Of a stretch of DNA of 64,000 nucleotides, positions 39,897 through 49,177 are shown piece after piece (the stretch's first letter is position 1; each line of letters begins with the position of its first letter). The translations under genes were made by a program, and so were the position numbers. The stretch is from Acutalibacteraceae bacterium (GTDB lineage: Bacteria > Bacillota > Clostridia > Oscillospirales > Acutalibacteraceae): contig JAZLCS010000113.1 in NCBI GenBank assembly GCA_045614385.1, forward strand, positions 4,159-68,158. Reading direction: 5' to 3'. The notes beneath the pieces were generated by a model. It was given only the letters and a program-made list of their open reading frames with translations. It did no database searches and was not told where the DNA came from.

Positions 39897-40048
39897 CCGC
39901 CTCACCCTTTCGTTTTTTTGCTAATTATACCATTTAAAATTGAATAAATCAAGCGGTTTTTGAACACAAAAAGAACAATAAACTGTCAGACTTGTGCAAC
40001 AGAAAGCCCCGGAGCATCAAAGCTTCGGGGGCAGGGTTTTGGGTTATA

Positions 40049-40588
40049 TCATTCTTCCATTTGCTTGCCGAGAAAGCTTGCGGCAATCTGAGCGAGCTTC
40101 GTTTCGGTCTGAGTAGGGCACGAACCGTTTTCGTTGAGCAGCATAACAAGCGAGCCGGAAACATCGCCGCCGCCCACTATAGGAAAGGCAACCGCAGCCT
40201 CTTTGTCAACGCCCTCAATGGGTCGGATGCGCTCGCTGTCAACGCAGCAGATATAGTTTTCGCGCCTGTCCATAATGCTTTCGAGGCTGTGACTCACCCT
40301 GCGGTCAAGCACCTCCTTTTTGGAAATGCCTGCGCAGGCGATAACGCTGTCACGGTCTGTAACAATAACAGCAAGCCCCGTGCCGCGCGCCAAAACATCG
40401 GCATACTGTCCCGTCATCGACGATAACTCGCCGATGGGTGAATATTTTTTGAAAATAACCTCTCCGTCTGCATCTGTGTAAATCTCCAACGGGTCGCCTT
40501 CGCGGATACGCATGGTGCGGCGGATTTCCTTGGGGATAACGACTCTTCCGAGGTCGTCAATTCTTCTGACAATACCTGTGGCTTTCAT
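40049..40588 (-). CDS. spoVT: stage V sporulation protein T
   Basis: AbrB-type N-terminus MKATGIVRRIDDLGRVVIPKEIRR plus GAF-like C-terminus ending FLGKQME. Confidence 0.96.
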   Translation of the reverse strand: MKATGIVRRIDDLGRVVIPKEIRRTMRIREGDPLEIYTDADGEVIFKKYSPIGELSSMTGQYADVLARGTGLAVIVTDRDSVIACAGISKKEVLDRRVSHSLESIMDRRENYICCVDSERIRPIEGVDKEAAVAFPIVGGGDVSGSLVMLLNENGSCPTQTETKLAQIAASFLGKQMEE

Positions 40589-40765
40589 TTTATATCTTTC
40601 TCCTTTTTCAGACAAATCTTGATGTTATTGTCTGCAAAAGGCGTGGATTTATACCGATACTTATAGTAATTTAATCGATTTATGTTTGTAAAAACCAAGG
40701 AACTTTTTAAAAGTTCAACCGAAATACAAACATTTCAGTATTGTTTTCATCTGACTAACAAAAGA

Positions 40766-40794
40766 TTGATTTTGCAGAATTTTTATGATAAAAT
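40766..40794 (+). promoter_or_regulatory. sigmaA-type promoter of cassette A
   Basis: TTGATT-17 nt-TAAAAT with TG extension. Confidence 0.55.
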
Positions 40795-40838
40795 CACATT
40801 ATTAATGTTATGTTTTTGTTGTAATGGGGGTGATTTGG

Positions 40839-42881
40839 TTGAAAAGGCAAAAAATTATTATTTTGTTGTTTTCTATAATCTGTCTTGCACTTATAATTTT
40901 CTTGGGTATATATATTGAAAAGCAAGATTGTATGAATAATATTAAGGTAGTTTTTAATTATGCAGAAACAGAGAAACCATTAAGCTTATTTAATTGTGAC
41001 AATAAATATTATGCATTTTTACCATCAAATGCAGATGTTGAGGGGATTCGAATAGAGTCATCATCCGGACATCGCGTTAAAATTGATGACATTCTTCTAT
41101 CAGGTGAGAATTCCGATTATAAATTCGAGCTTGAGAAGGAGTACAAAATCGATATCATTAATTTTTTTGGCATTGAAATAGCTTCAGAAACGTTGGTTTT
41201 GCTTCGTTCGGAAAACATTCCTTCAATTTCAATAATTTTAACTGACGGAACCATCGGGGATATTAACAAAGATAAAAGCATTTCCAAAACAGGATATTTG
41301 CAAACTGTTTATTCGGATAATACGATTGATTATCAAGGTCAGTTTAACAAAATTCATGGACGCGGAAACTCTTCATGGGCAGAAGAAAAGAAATCATATA
41401 CTATTGAATTTGCAGAAGAAGTTTCTTTGCTCAATATGGAACAAAGCACCCACTGGTTACTGATATCTAACTCATATGATGAATCTTCTTTGCGAAACAA
41501 ATTGGTTTATGACACCGCAAAACATTACGGTGTAAACTATGCTATAGATTCACAATATGTTGATTTATATGTGGGCAACCAATATATGGGGCTTTATTTA
41601 CTGTGTGAAAAAATACAAGTGTCAGAGAACCGTATAAACATTGCCGATTTACAAAAAAGCACCCAGCAAGTTAATATGGAAAAGCTGTCATCATTTCCTG
41701 AGTTTCAAGATGATATTAACGGCATAAAACGAAAAGGTCTCCTGATACCTAATAATCCGTCAGATATTACGGGTGGATATTTGTTGCAGATTGATTATCA
41801 CGAAGGAACAATTGACGAAGAAAAGAGCTTCTTTTCAACAGAATCTACCCCTGTTATAGTGTCTCATCCTCAAGATGCAACAAAAGAACAAATAATTTAC
41901 ATATCAGATTATTTTTTTGACATAGAAAAAAGGATACAGTCTGGAGATTTGTCAAAAATTGATATAAACTCTTTTGTTAGACAAGTTCTTATATCCGAAT
42001 GTTTTGCCAATGCAGATTATTGCAGTATTTTTTTGATTAAAGATTCAGATAATGTAAGTGATAAATTGTTATGCGGTCCGGTGTGGGATTATGACCTAAG
42101 TATGGGAAACAATTGGGATAATTCAGATGCTAATCCATACACAAATTATTATACAAATTCTGATTTTTTTGAGATGTTATGTAATAATATAGAATTTTAC
42201 GAATTATTAAAAACTACTTATGCAGAGAAATATTATGAGGACCTTAATCATTTTGCATTCCAAAAGCTCAGGGAGTATAAATCTCTGATTGAGAAATCAT
42301 TCCTTATGAATAAAATACGCTGGAAACATGTCGAGAGATTAGACACAGTTGCAAACAGAAGCCAGAAACGCTTTGATACTTTGGACGAACATATAAAGAG
42401 AATAGAAGAATTTCTGGAGAAAAGAAACGAATTTTTGGGTAACATATGGATAGAAAATGCAAACTATTACTTCGTAGTTTTCAAGGATGAAAATGGGTTT
42501 AAAAAGAACTACAGTGTAAAATCAGGCGAAACATTTAATGAAAATTTGCTAACATATCATCCTCAAAACAACAATTCTTTTATAGGTTGGTTTGATGAAA
42601 ATGGCGCTAAATATATTTCGGGAGAAATAATAACCCAAAATAAAATATATACGGCAAGATTTTCGGCGAATGAATCTCCAACTTCTGACTCAACAAAAAA
42701 TTCTGACCAAAACAAAGAAAAAACAGCAATTCTTTTTCTGAAAGATATTGCAAAACAATTACTAAATATTGACTTTGAGATTTGGTGTTTTGCATTTATC
42801 TTTATAACTGTTGTAGTTATTGTAGTTAAAGATTTGTTAACCAGCAAACTTTTTCGGAGGAAAAAGAATGAAAGAAAATGA
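40839..42881 (+). CDS. CotH kinase family protein
   Basis: GRGNSSW..KKSY, LRNK, YMGLYLLCEK and GPVWDYD; visibly AT-rich; start uncertain. Confidence 0.88.
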   Translation: MKRQKIIILLFSIICLALIIFLGIYIEKQDCMNNIKVVFNYAETEKPLSLFNCDNKYYAFLPSNADVEGIRIESSSGHRVKIDDILLSGENSDYKFELEKEYKIDIINFFGIEIASETLVLLRSENIPSISIILTDGTIGDINKDKSISKTGYLQTVYSDNTIDYQGQFNKIHGRGNSSWAEEKKSYTIEFAEEVSLLNMEQSTHWLLISNSYDESSLRNKLVYDTAKHYGVNYAIDSQYVDLYVGNQYMGLYLLCEKIQVSENRINIADLQKSTQQVNMEKLSSFPEFQDDINGIKRKGLLIPNNPSDITGGYLLQIDYHEGTIDEEKSFFSTESTPVIVSHPQDATKEQIIYISDYFFDIEKRIQSGDLSKIDINSFVRQVLISECFANADYCSIFLIKDSDNVSDKLLCGPVWDYDLSMGNNWDNSDANPYTNYYTNSDFFEMLCNNIEFYELLKTTYAEKYYEDLNHFAFQKLREYKSLIEKSFLMNKIRWKHVERLDTVANRSQKRFDTLDEHIKRIEEFLEKRNEFLGNIWIENANYYFVVFKDENGFKKNYSVKSGETFNENLLTYHPQNNNSFIGWFDENGAKYISGEIITQNKIYTARFSANESPTSDSTKNSDQNKEKTAILFLKDIAKQLLNIDFEIWCFAFIFITVVVIVVKDLLTSKLFRRKKNERK

Positions 42882-43569
42882 TAAATACCGTCATGAATTG
42901 AAATACATATGTTCTGAAGAACAAATTGCCGATTTGACGGTTAGGCTTAATGCTTTGTTAACTCTTGACAAACACGTTGAGAGCGGAAGCTACAATATTC
43001 GCAGTATGTATTTTGACAATCTTGAAAATCGATGTTATTTTGAAAACGAGGACGGTACAAATCCCAGAGAAAAATACAGAATACGGATATATAATCATAG
43101 CAGTGACCGAATTACTTTGGAATGCAAACAAAAGAAAAATGGCATGACACACAAAACATCATGTCTACTCTCAATGAAAGATTATGATGATATTTTAAAC
43201 AGAAGATTACTTGAAGATCTTGAATCAAAACCTGCTCTTTTGCGAAAGTTTCATTTGTTGATGCAGACACAATTGTATAAACCATCAATAATTGTAGACT
43301 ATGACAGAACTCCTTATGTTTTCAAAGAGGGAAATGTTCGAATAACCATTGATAAAAATATTCGTTCTTCCACAGATTTTTCCGGTTTTTTCAAAAAGAA
43401 CATACATAGTCGGTCCATACAACCGACTAACCAACATTTGATAGAAGTGAAGTACGATGAATTCTTACCGGAATTCATAAAAAGCTCTTTGCAAACCGGA
43501 GAACTTCAACGAGTAACATTTTCAAAGTTTTATTTGTGCAAAAAATTTTCAACAGGAGGATTATTATGA
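42868..43569 (+). CDS. VTC / polyphosphate-polymerase domain protein
   Basis: RHELKY, IRSMYFD, REKYRIRIY, RITID and EVKY. Confidence 0.9.
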   Translation: MKENDKYRHELKYICSEEQIADLTVRLNALLTLDKHVESGSYNIRSMYFDNLENRCYFENEDGTNPREKYRIRIYNHSSDRITLECKQKKNGMTHKTSCLLSMKDYDDILNRRLLEDLESKPALLRKFHLLMQTQLYKPSIIVDYDRTPYVFKEGNVRITIDKNIRSSTDFSGFFKKNIHSRSIQPTNQHLIEVKYDEFLPEFIKSSLQTGELQRVTFSKFYLCKKFSTGGLL

Positions 43570-44237
43570 CTTTTAATGACATTTTCAAGAATTCTTTTTT
43601 AGAGGGATTTACAAACGGAATTGATATGAAAACAATAATCGTTTGCTTTTGTGGAACTGCTTTGCTTTCGGTTTATATTTTTTTCGTTTACAGATTTATA
43701 AGCAAAAAAGCATTCTACTCAAAAAATTTCAACATTTCTTTAATTGCAATGGCCATAATCACATCGGCAATAATCATCACTATTCAGTCTAACATTGTTC
43801 TTTCTCTCGGTATGGTTGGCGCATTGTCTATCGTTCGTTTCAGGACCGCAATAAAGGACCCTCTCGATTTGGTTTTCTTGTATTGGTCTATTAGTATTGG
43901 AATTATATGCGGTGCAGGCCTTACTGCGATAGCATTTATTCTTTCTGCGGTTATCTCGATTGCAATCGTTGTAATGCAAAGATATCCGATTAAAAAAGAT
44001 TCCATGCTTTTAGTTGTTAATGGTACTACTCCTGAATGTGAACAAGAGATCGAATCATTGGTTAAAGGTTTTGATAAAAACTACAAAATTAAGTCAAAAA
44101 GTTTAACTAATGAATCAATAAACATTATAATTGAATTGAACATAGATAACGAAAGTAAAATTGTTCAAAATTTAATTAAAATTGAAGGTGTTTCTTCTGC
44201 ATCTTTACTTACACATGATGGTGAAATAACAGCTTAA
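43566..44237 (+). CDS. DUF4956 membrane protein
   Basis: SLGMVGALSIVRFRTAIKDP; usual neighbour of VTC genes. Confidence 0.88.
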   Translation: MTFNDIFKNSFLEGFTNGIDMKTIIVCFCGTALLSVYIFFVYRFISKKAFYSKNFNISLIAMAIITSAIIITIQSNIVLSLGMVGALSIVRFRTAIKDPLDLVFLYWSISIGIICGAGLTAIAFILSAVISIAIVVMQRYPIKKDSMLLVVNGTTPECEQEIESLVKGFDKNYKIKSKSLTNESINIIIELNIDNESKIVQNLIKIEGVSSASLLTHDGEITA

Positions 44238-44245
44238 TGTAATAT

Positions 44246-44279
44246 AAAGAACTGCACGGAATAACCCGTGCAGTTCTTT
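44246..44279. terminator. terminator closing cassette A
   Basis: aaagaactgcacgg / ccgtgcagttcttt. Confidence 0.85.
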
Positions 44280-44284
44280 TATGT

Positions 44285-44473
44285 TCAAACATCTTCTCGC
44301 TTTAATTCCCAACGTTTTTCAAGCTCAAGCATTGCTGCGCAACAGGAATCGAACCGTGTCCATGTTGTCAATAACGGGTCGCCTTCGCGGATACGCATGG
44401 TGCGGCGGATTTCCTTGGGGATAACGACTCTTCCGAGGTCGTCGATTCTTCTGACAATACCTGTGGCTTTCAT
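44285..44473 (-). pseudogene. spoVT 5' fragment copy 1 (34 codons) fused in frame to a foreign tail (62-aa ORF)
   Basis: 44373-44473 matches 40488-40588 at 100/101 nt; RBS retained. Confidence 0.9.
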
Positions 44474-44539
44474 TTATATCTTTCTCCTTGTTTTCAATAT
44501 TTGCCCTGTTATTGTTTGTCAGAAATTGCGGTTTATGCG
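44376..44539. repeat. direct repeat, also at 48919-49082 and partly at 40491-40654
   Basis: spoVT 5' coding part plus about 65 nt upstream; copies 1 and 2 nearly identical. Confidence 0.95.
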
Positions 44540-44664
44540 TTGTTTTTATATAAAGAACAACACTTTGAAAATTGTGATTTAAGCCGAGAGATTTACGAAT
44601 GCTTCTCCATAAGCTTTTGGTGATTGAAGGCCTACAAATTTTGTAATAAAAAATTATATAAATA

Positions 44665-44693
44665 TTGCATTATTCGCATAAAAGTATTATAAT
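44665..44693 (+). promoter_or_regulatory. sigmaA-type promoter of cassette B
   Basis: TTGCAT-17 nt-TATAAT. Confidence 0.65.
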
Positions 44694-44777
44694 ATTTCTA
44701 TGTTATATAAGCTGGAACCAGAATATGGCTTTTGCAATTTAAATTACATAATGAAACTTCTTAAGGAGGCATTATAT

Positions 44778-47700
44778 ATGAAAAAATCTTTATTCAAAAA
44801 AGTCCTGGCGCTTACCCTTTCGTTAACTCTTGTTATTTCAGGATTAATGATTGCCCTGCCACACTCTCATGCTGCTGACAGCATAGAATTCCTTATGGAC
44901 GGCGACAAAAGAGTAGGCATTAAGGAAATTACCATTAACGGTGTTACTTATTATGACATTGAAGGCGGTAATTCCACCATTGACCCCTCGGAAATAACAC
45001 CCATTGAGCTTTACAAAAAGCTTATCGTTGCCGAGCATGACGGCGTTTCGCTTGCCAAATCGTGGGCAAACATCGCAAGCCTTATCTTTGAAGGTGCAGG
45101 CGACAAGTTCGGCTTCAACAACAACGAAGGCTTTTCCACAAACTTTGACGATTACTACACCAACGACGGCGACAGCAGCATTGACATCAACGTTGTTGAT
45201 GCTCTTTCAAAAGCAGATGCATGGAGCTCCGGCCATGCGCATTCAACCGGTTGGAATACAACGTCAACCCTTAAAGCTGTTCAGGACAGAATGGTATCTG
45301 AAATCTGCGACCCCATATCCGACACTTCCGGAAATGATAACGACATTTCCAAAGGTGCTTGTATAGAATACTGCACAGGCAGTTCCGACGGTTTTGCTCT
45401 TCTTAACAATACCGACAACAGAACTGTTCTTTACAACATTGCAACAACATACGATTACAGCAGCGGCTCAAATAAAGCGGCATTTTCATCCTTCGGTCTT
45501 ATCCTTTATGATTTTGAGGTTATTCCTCTTGCTGACGATGACCTCGCTTTCATCACAGCCGCAGAAGGCTACGAAGACCTTGATGCCGCAGAAGCAGACA
45601 ATGCTCCCGGCGTAAAATATACAACCACCGGCGGCTCACCCAACACAAGCTACGTCAGCAACCCCTCCGCTTCCGACACAACTGTTTCCGCTGCTTACAG
45701 CGAATCACATTCAACAACCGTTTCCAACTATATGGAATCAACCGATACCTACACCTTTGGTCAGAGTCTGAATGTGGAAAGCGAATTCAGCGTTTCCTTC
45801 CCCCTTGTTGCAGAAGGAAAGATGACTGTTTCCACGGGTATTTCCACAGAGCAGGCAATTTCAACCGCTTACGGTACAGAGGAATCCATTACTAAGGAAA
45901 CCACAACCGAAACGGTTGCAGAGGTTAACCTCCCTGCACACACTCAGATCGGTATCAGCCAGCAATCGGGTCAGACTGAGGTTGAGCTTGAATATGACTG
46001 CCCTGTTTACTTCAACTACAAAGTTGCAATCTTCGGCATGAACGGCGAATTCTATGCTGACAGTGTAGCAACAGAATCGTGGAAAACAGCCGGCTATGAC
46101 CAGGGCGGTATCTGCATCGGCTTTGGCACAGACACAACCGTAGGCGGTGTTTCTGCTCTTGAAAATCTCTACAACCGCGCAATCAGATTCAGAGATATGG
46201 ACGGTTTCGAAGCTTCCTACGGCAACTGCGACGGCTACTACGAAAAGCATGACGACGGCGAAGGTTCAAAACGTTTCACCGCTGTTCCCTGGGCAAATAT
46301 TCTTGACAAAAAACAGAACAACGGCCTTGACCTCACCGGCAAGGATAATGTTTTCTATCTCAGAAATACCCTTCCTCTTTCTGCTTCCGGCGCCACAATG
46401 TCCTATATGTCCACCAGCATGAACACCAACATCACAGGAATTGTTCCCCTTTATAACCTTGATTATGTTCAGCTTGCAGGCGACGGTGTTTACAACATTG
46501 CTCCCGGCGGCACTGTTGATTTCGGCAAAATCGCAACCGAAGGATTCAATAAGCACAACGTTCCTTATTACGGATTTGTCAACGGCGGCGGTAAATGGGT
46601 TCTCTGCAACGCTGACGGAACCGAAATTTCATCCGTTGACGGCGGAAGTCTTGACGACGTTTCAAACTATCAGGTATTCACCGGCACAAAACCCGGCACC
46701 TATTACGCAAAATTCCTTATTGACGAAACACTCTATGATAAGGTTGATGCCAACGGCAAGGTTAAAAATTCCGACCTTTCGTCAACTCCTATGGTCAGAA
46801 TCAACGTTTCCGAAACAGGTCTTGACCACATTTGTAAAGACGGCCCCTGGCAGACAACAATCGCTCCTACCTGCACTTCGACAGGTGAGCAGATTTCGGG
46901 CTGTATCACCTGCGGCAGAGTAATGTATACACAGCCTGTTGCAAAGCTTGACCACGTTCCTGTAACAGTAACCACTCCCGCAACCTGCTCAGCCGAAGGT
47001 TCCGTACAGAAAATCTGCGGCGCCTGCCTTGGTCTGATTTCTTCGGAAAGCATTGCAAAGCTTGACCATACACCCGTAACAGTTACAATTCCCGCAACCT
47101 GCTCTGCTGAAGGTTCTGTCAGCACAGTCTGCGGTGTCTGCGACGCTTTGATTTCTTACGAAACCATTAAAAAAGCTGACCATGATGACGGCGTTTGGAA
47201 GGTTGATTATGAAGCAACCGCTGACCATTCGGGTCAGATGACACGCTACTGCTCGGTATGTAACTTCGCCCTTGAAAGCAAGGATTTCGACCTTCACGAG
47301 CATGAGCTCGGATATGAAAGAATTCTTGTCGATTCCACTTGTATTTCCTACGGCGAAAAAGGATTTTTCTGCAGCATCTGCAACAGCATGTATGCAACAG
47401 AGCAGATTGAAAAGAGCGGTCACGGCGAATCTGTCAGCGTCACCGAAAAGCAGGCAGACTGCATCAACGACGGTCAGGCACTCCTTTACTGCGCCGACTG
47501 TCAGACTCTTGTCGGTTCTCAGGCAATTCCCGCACTCGGTCATGATGGCGCATGGGTAACCGTTAAGGAAGCCACCTGCAACGCTGTCGGCAGAGAAGAA
47601 AATATCTGCACAATCTGCGACGCTGTTCTTGAGACAAGAGAAATTGAAACAATCGCTCATTCCTATGGCGAGTGGGAAATCGTTACCGATGCTACCTGCG

Positions 47701-48674
47701 TTCTTGACGGTGAAAAGCAGCAGACCTGCTCAGACTGCGGAACTTTGCTTGAGTCCGAAACAATTCCCGCACACGGTCATGCAGATGCATGGGTAACCGT
47801 TAAGGAAGCAACCTGCAGCGCTGTCGGCAGAGAAGAAAATATCTGCACAATTTGCGATTCTGTTCTTGAAACAAAAGAAATTGAAAAGCTTGACCATATT
47901 CCCGGCAAATGGGAAATCACAAAGGATGCAACCTGCACTCAGGCAGGTCTTATGCAGCAGACCTGTGCACTCTGCGGCGCACTTATCGGCGAGCCCGTTG
48001 TAATTGATGCTCACGAGCACAACAGCGGCGCTTGGAGAACCGTTATTGAAGCAACCTGCACAACAGACGGCGAAAAGGTTAAAGAATGCACAATCTGCAA
48101 GGGCACACTTGAAACAGAAGTGATTCCCGCACTCGGCCACGATGACGGTGTATGGACAACAGCCCTTGAGGCAACCTGCGAAACTCAGGGTGAACAGCAT
48201 AAGAACTGCACACGCTGCGGTCAGCTTATCGAAAGCGCCCGTATTGACGCTCTCGGACACACCCCCGGCCCCGAAATGACCTGCGTAACCGATCAGGTTT
48301 GCCTCGTTTGTGAAGAAGTTCTTGTTCCTGCAGACGGTAAGAGCCACGTATGGACAGAGTGGGAAACCTACAAAGAAGCAAGCTTCTTCGTTGAAGAACA
48401 GCAGAGAAGAGTCTGTACCTCCTGCGACCTTGAAGAATACAGGTTTGTAAAGGGCACTTCAAAATGCCATAAGTATTTCCCGCATTGTGACGGCAGCGGC
48501 GAGGGTTGCTGGGCTTGCGAAACCCTCAGCAACTCGAACGGCTTCTTCCGCAACCTCGGCAGATTCCTCACATGGTTCTTCTTTGAGAATATCATTGTAA
48601 ACATCCTCTTTCCGTTCTCACACGGTCATTTCCACGAGCTTATAAACCTTGATGAAATATTCGGCACAAAATAA
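44778..48674 (+). CDS. large secreted protein with ETX/MTX2-like segment and about 13-14 Cys/His repeats
   Basis: AAGGAGG RBS; signal peptide ending SHA/AD; Ser/Thr-rich beta segment; ATC..G..CxxC..H repeats; C-terminal hydrophobic stretch. Confidence 0.8.
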   Translation: MKKSLFKKVLALTLSLTLVISGLMIALPHSHAADSIEFLMDGDKRVGIKEITINGVTYYDIEGGNSTIDPSEITPIELYKKLIVAEHDGVSLAKSWANIASLIFEGAGDKFGFNNNEGFSTNFDDYYTNDGDSSIDINVVDALSKADAWSSGHAHSTGWNTTSTLKAVQDRMVSEICDPISDTSGNDNDISKGACIEYCTGSSDGFALLNNTDNRTVLYNIATTYDYSSGSNKAAFSSFGLILYDFEVIPLADDDLAFITAAEGYEDLDAAEADNAPGVKYTTTGGSPNTSYVSNPSASDTTVSAAYSESHSTTVSNYMESTDTYTFGQSLNVESEFSVSFPLVAEGKMTVSTGISTEQAISTAYGTEESITKETTTETVAEVNLPAHTQIGISQQSGQTEVELEYDCPVYFNYKVAIFGMNGEFYADSVATESWKTAGYDQGGICIGFGTDTTVGGVSALENLYNRAIRFRDMDGFEASYGNCDGYYEKHDDGEGSKRFTAVPWANILDKKQNNGLDLTGKDNVFYLRNTLPLSASGATMSYMSTSMNTNITGIVPLYNLDYVQLAGDGVYNIAPGGTVDFGKIATEGFNKHNVPYYGFVNGGGKWVLCNADGTEISSVDGGSLDDVSNYQVFTGTKPGTYYAKFLIDETLYDKVDANGKVKNSDLSSTPMVRINVSETGLDHICKDGPWQTTIAPTCTSTGEQISGCITCGRVMYTQPVAKLDHVPVTVTTPATCSAEGSVQKICGACLGLISSESIAKLDHTPVTVTIPATCSAEGSVSTVCGVCDALISYETIKKADHDDGVWKVDYEATADHSGQMTRYCSVCNFALESKDFDLHEHELGYERILVDSTCISYGEKGFFCSICNSMYATEQIEKSGHGESVSVTEKQADCINDGQALLYCADCQTLVGSQAIPALGHDGAWVTVKEATCNAVGREENICTICDAVLETREIETIAHSYGEWEIVTDATCVLDGEKQQTCSDCGTLLESETIPAHGHADAWVTVKEATCSAVGREENICTICDSVLETKEIEKLDHIPGKWEITKDATCTQAGLMQQTCALCGALIGEPVVIDAHEHNSGAWRTVIEATCTTDGEKVKECTICKGTLETEVIPALGHDDGVWTTALEATCETQGEQHKNCTRCGQLIESARIDALGHTPGPEMTCVTDQVCLVCEEVLVPADGKSHVWTEWETYKEASFFVEEQQRRVCTSCDLEEYRFVKGTSKCHKYFPHCDGSGEGCWACETLSNSNGFFRNLGRFLTWFFFENIIVNILFPFSHGHFHELINLDEIFGTK

Positions 48675-48692
48675 TCAATAAAGCTTACACAC

Positions 48693-48768
48693 AACGGCGG
48701 AGCATTTGCTCCGCCGTTCGCATTGTTTGCAACAAATCATAAGCCGTCCGAATAATCGGACGGCTTAT
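48693..48768. terminator. two tandem hairpins closing cassette B
   Basis: aacggcggagca/tgctccgccgtt and ataagccgtccga/tcggacggcttat. Confidence 0.8.
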
Positions 48769-48875
48769 AATGTTATGCATATCAGAAATGATATTTAAGG
48801 ATTCTGTCCTTGCGGCTTTGAATGAATGAAAGGCTGAAACCGTTGATATGTAAGGGATTTACTCAAGCCGTTTCT

Positions 48876-49016
48876 CTAAATCAAGCATTGCGGAAATGTA
48901 GTTTTCTGACTATAGTCAGGGTCGCCTTCGCGGATACGCATGGTGCGGCGGATTTCTTTGGGGATAACGACTCTGCCGAGGTCATCAATTCTTCTGACAA
49001 TACCTGTGGCTTTCAT
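48876..49016 (-). pseudogene. spoVT 5' fragment copy 2 (33 codons; 46-aa ORF)
   Basis: 48919-49016 matches 40491-40588 at 95/98 nt; all three changes synonymous. Confidence 0.9.
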
Positions 49017-49177
49017 TTATATCTTTCTCCTTGTTTTCAATATTTGCCTTGTTATTGTTTGTCAGAAATTGCGGTTTATACGGAATTTTTTATTGTTTTT
49101 GATTTAAATAATGTTTGTTGATAAGTTTTTTTGAATATGTTAAAATCGTTATGTACCTTTACATAAAGGAGCTTGTT

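Noticed and set aside
44336-44362. tRNA T-loop-like GGTTCGATTCC on the minus strand next to spoVT copy 1
   Set aside because: The T-stem pairs only with a bulge, there are no D or anticodon arms, and copy 2 lacks it; not supportable as a tRNA or att fragment
40049-49016. skin-like element interrupting spoVT
   Set aside because: A complete spoVT with its own RBS and upstream region is present, so excision is not needed; no recombinase is encoded
40488-49082. CRISPR or DGR reading of the spoVT repeats
   Set aside because: Repeats are kilobases apart and coding-derived; differences are synonymous, not adenine-specific; no cas or reverse transcriptase gene
44268-49121. Plus-strand ORFs 44268-44582 and 48822-49121
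   Set aside because: Antisense shadows of the spoVT fragments
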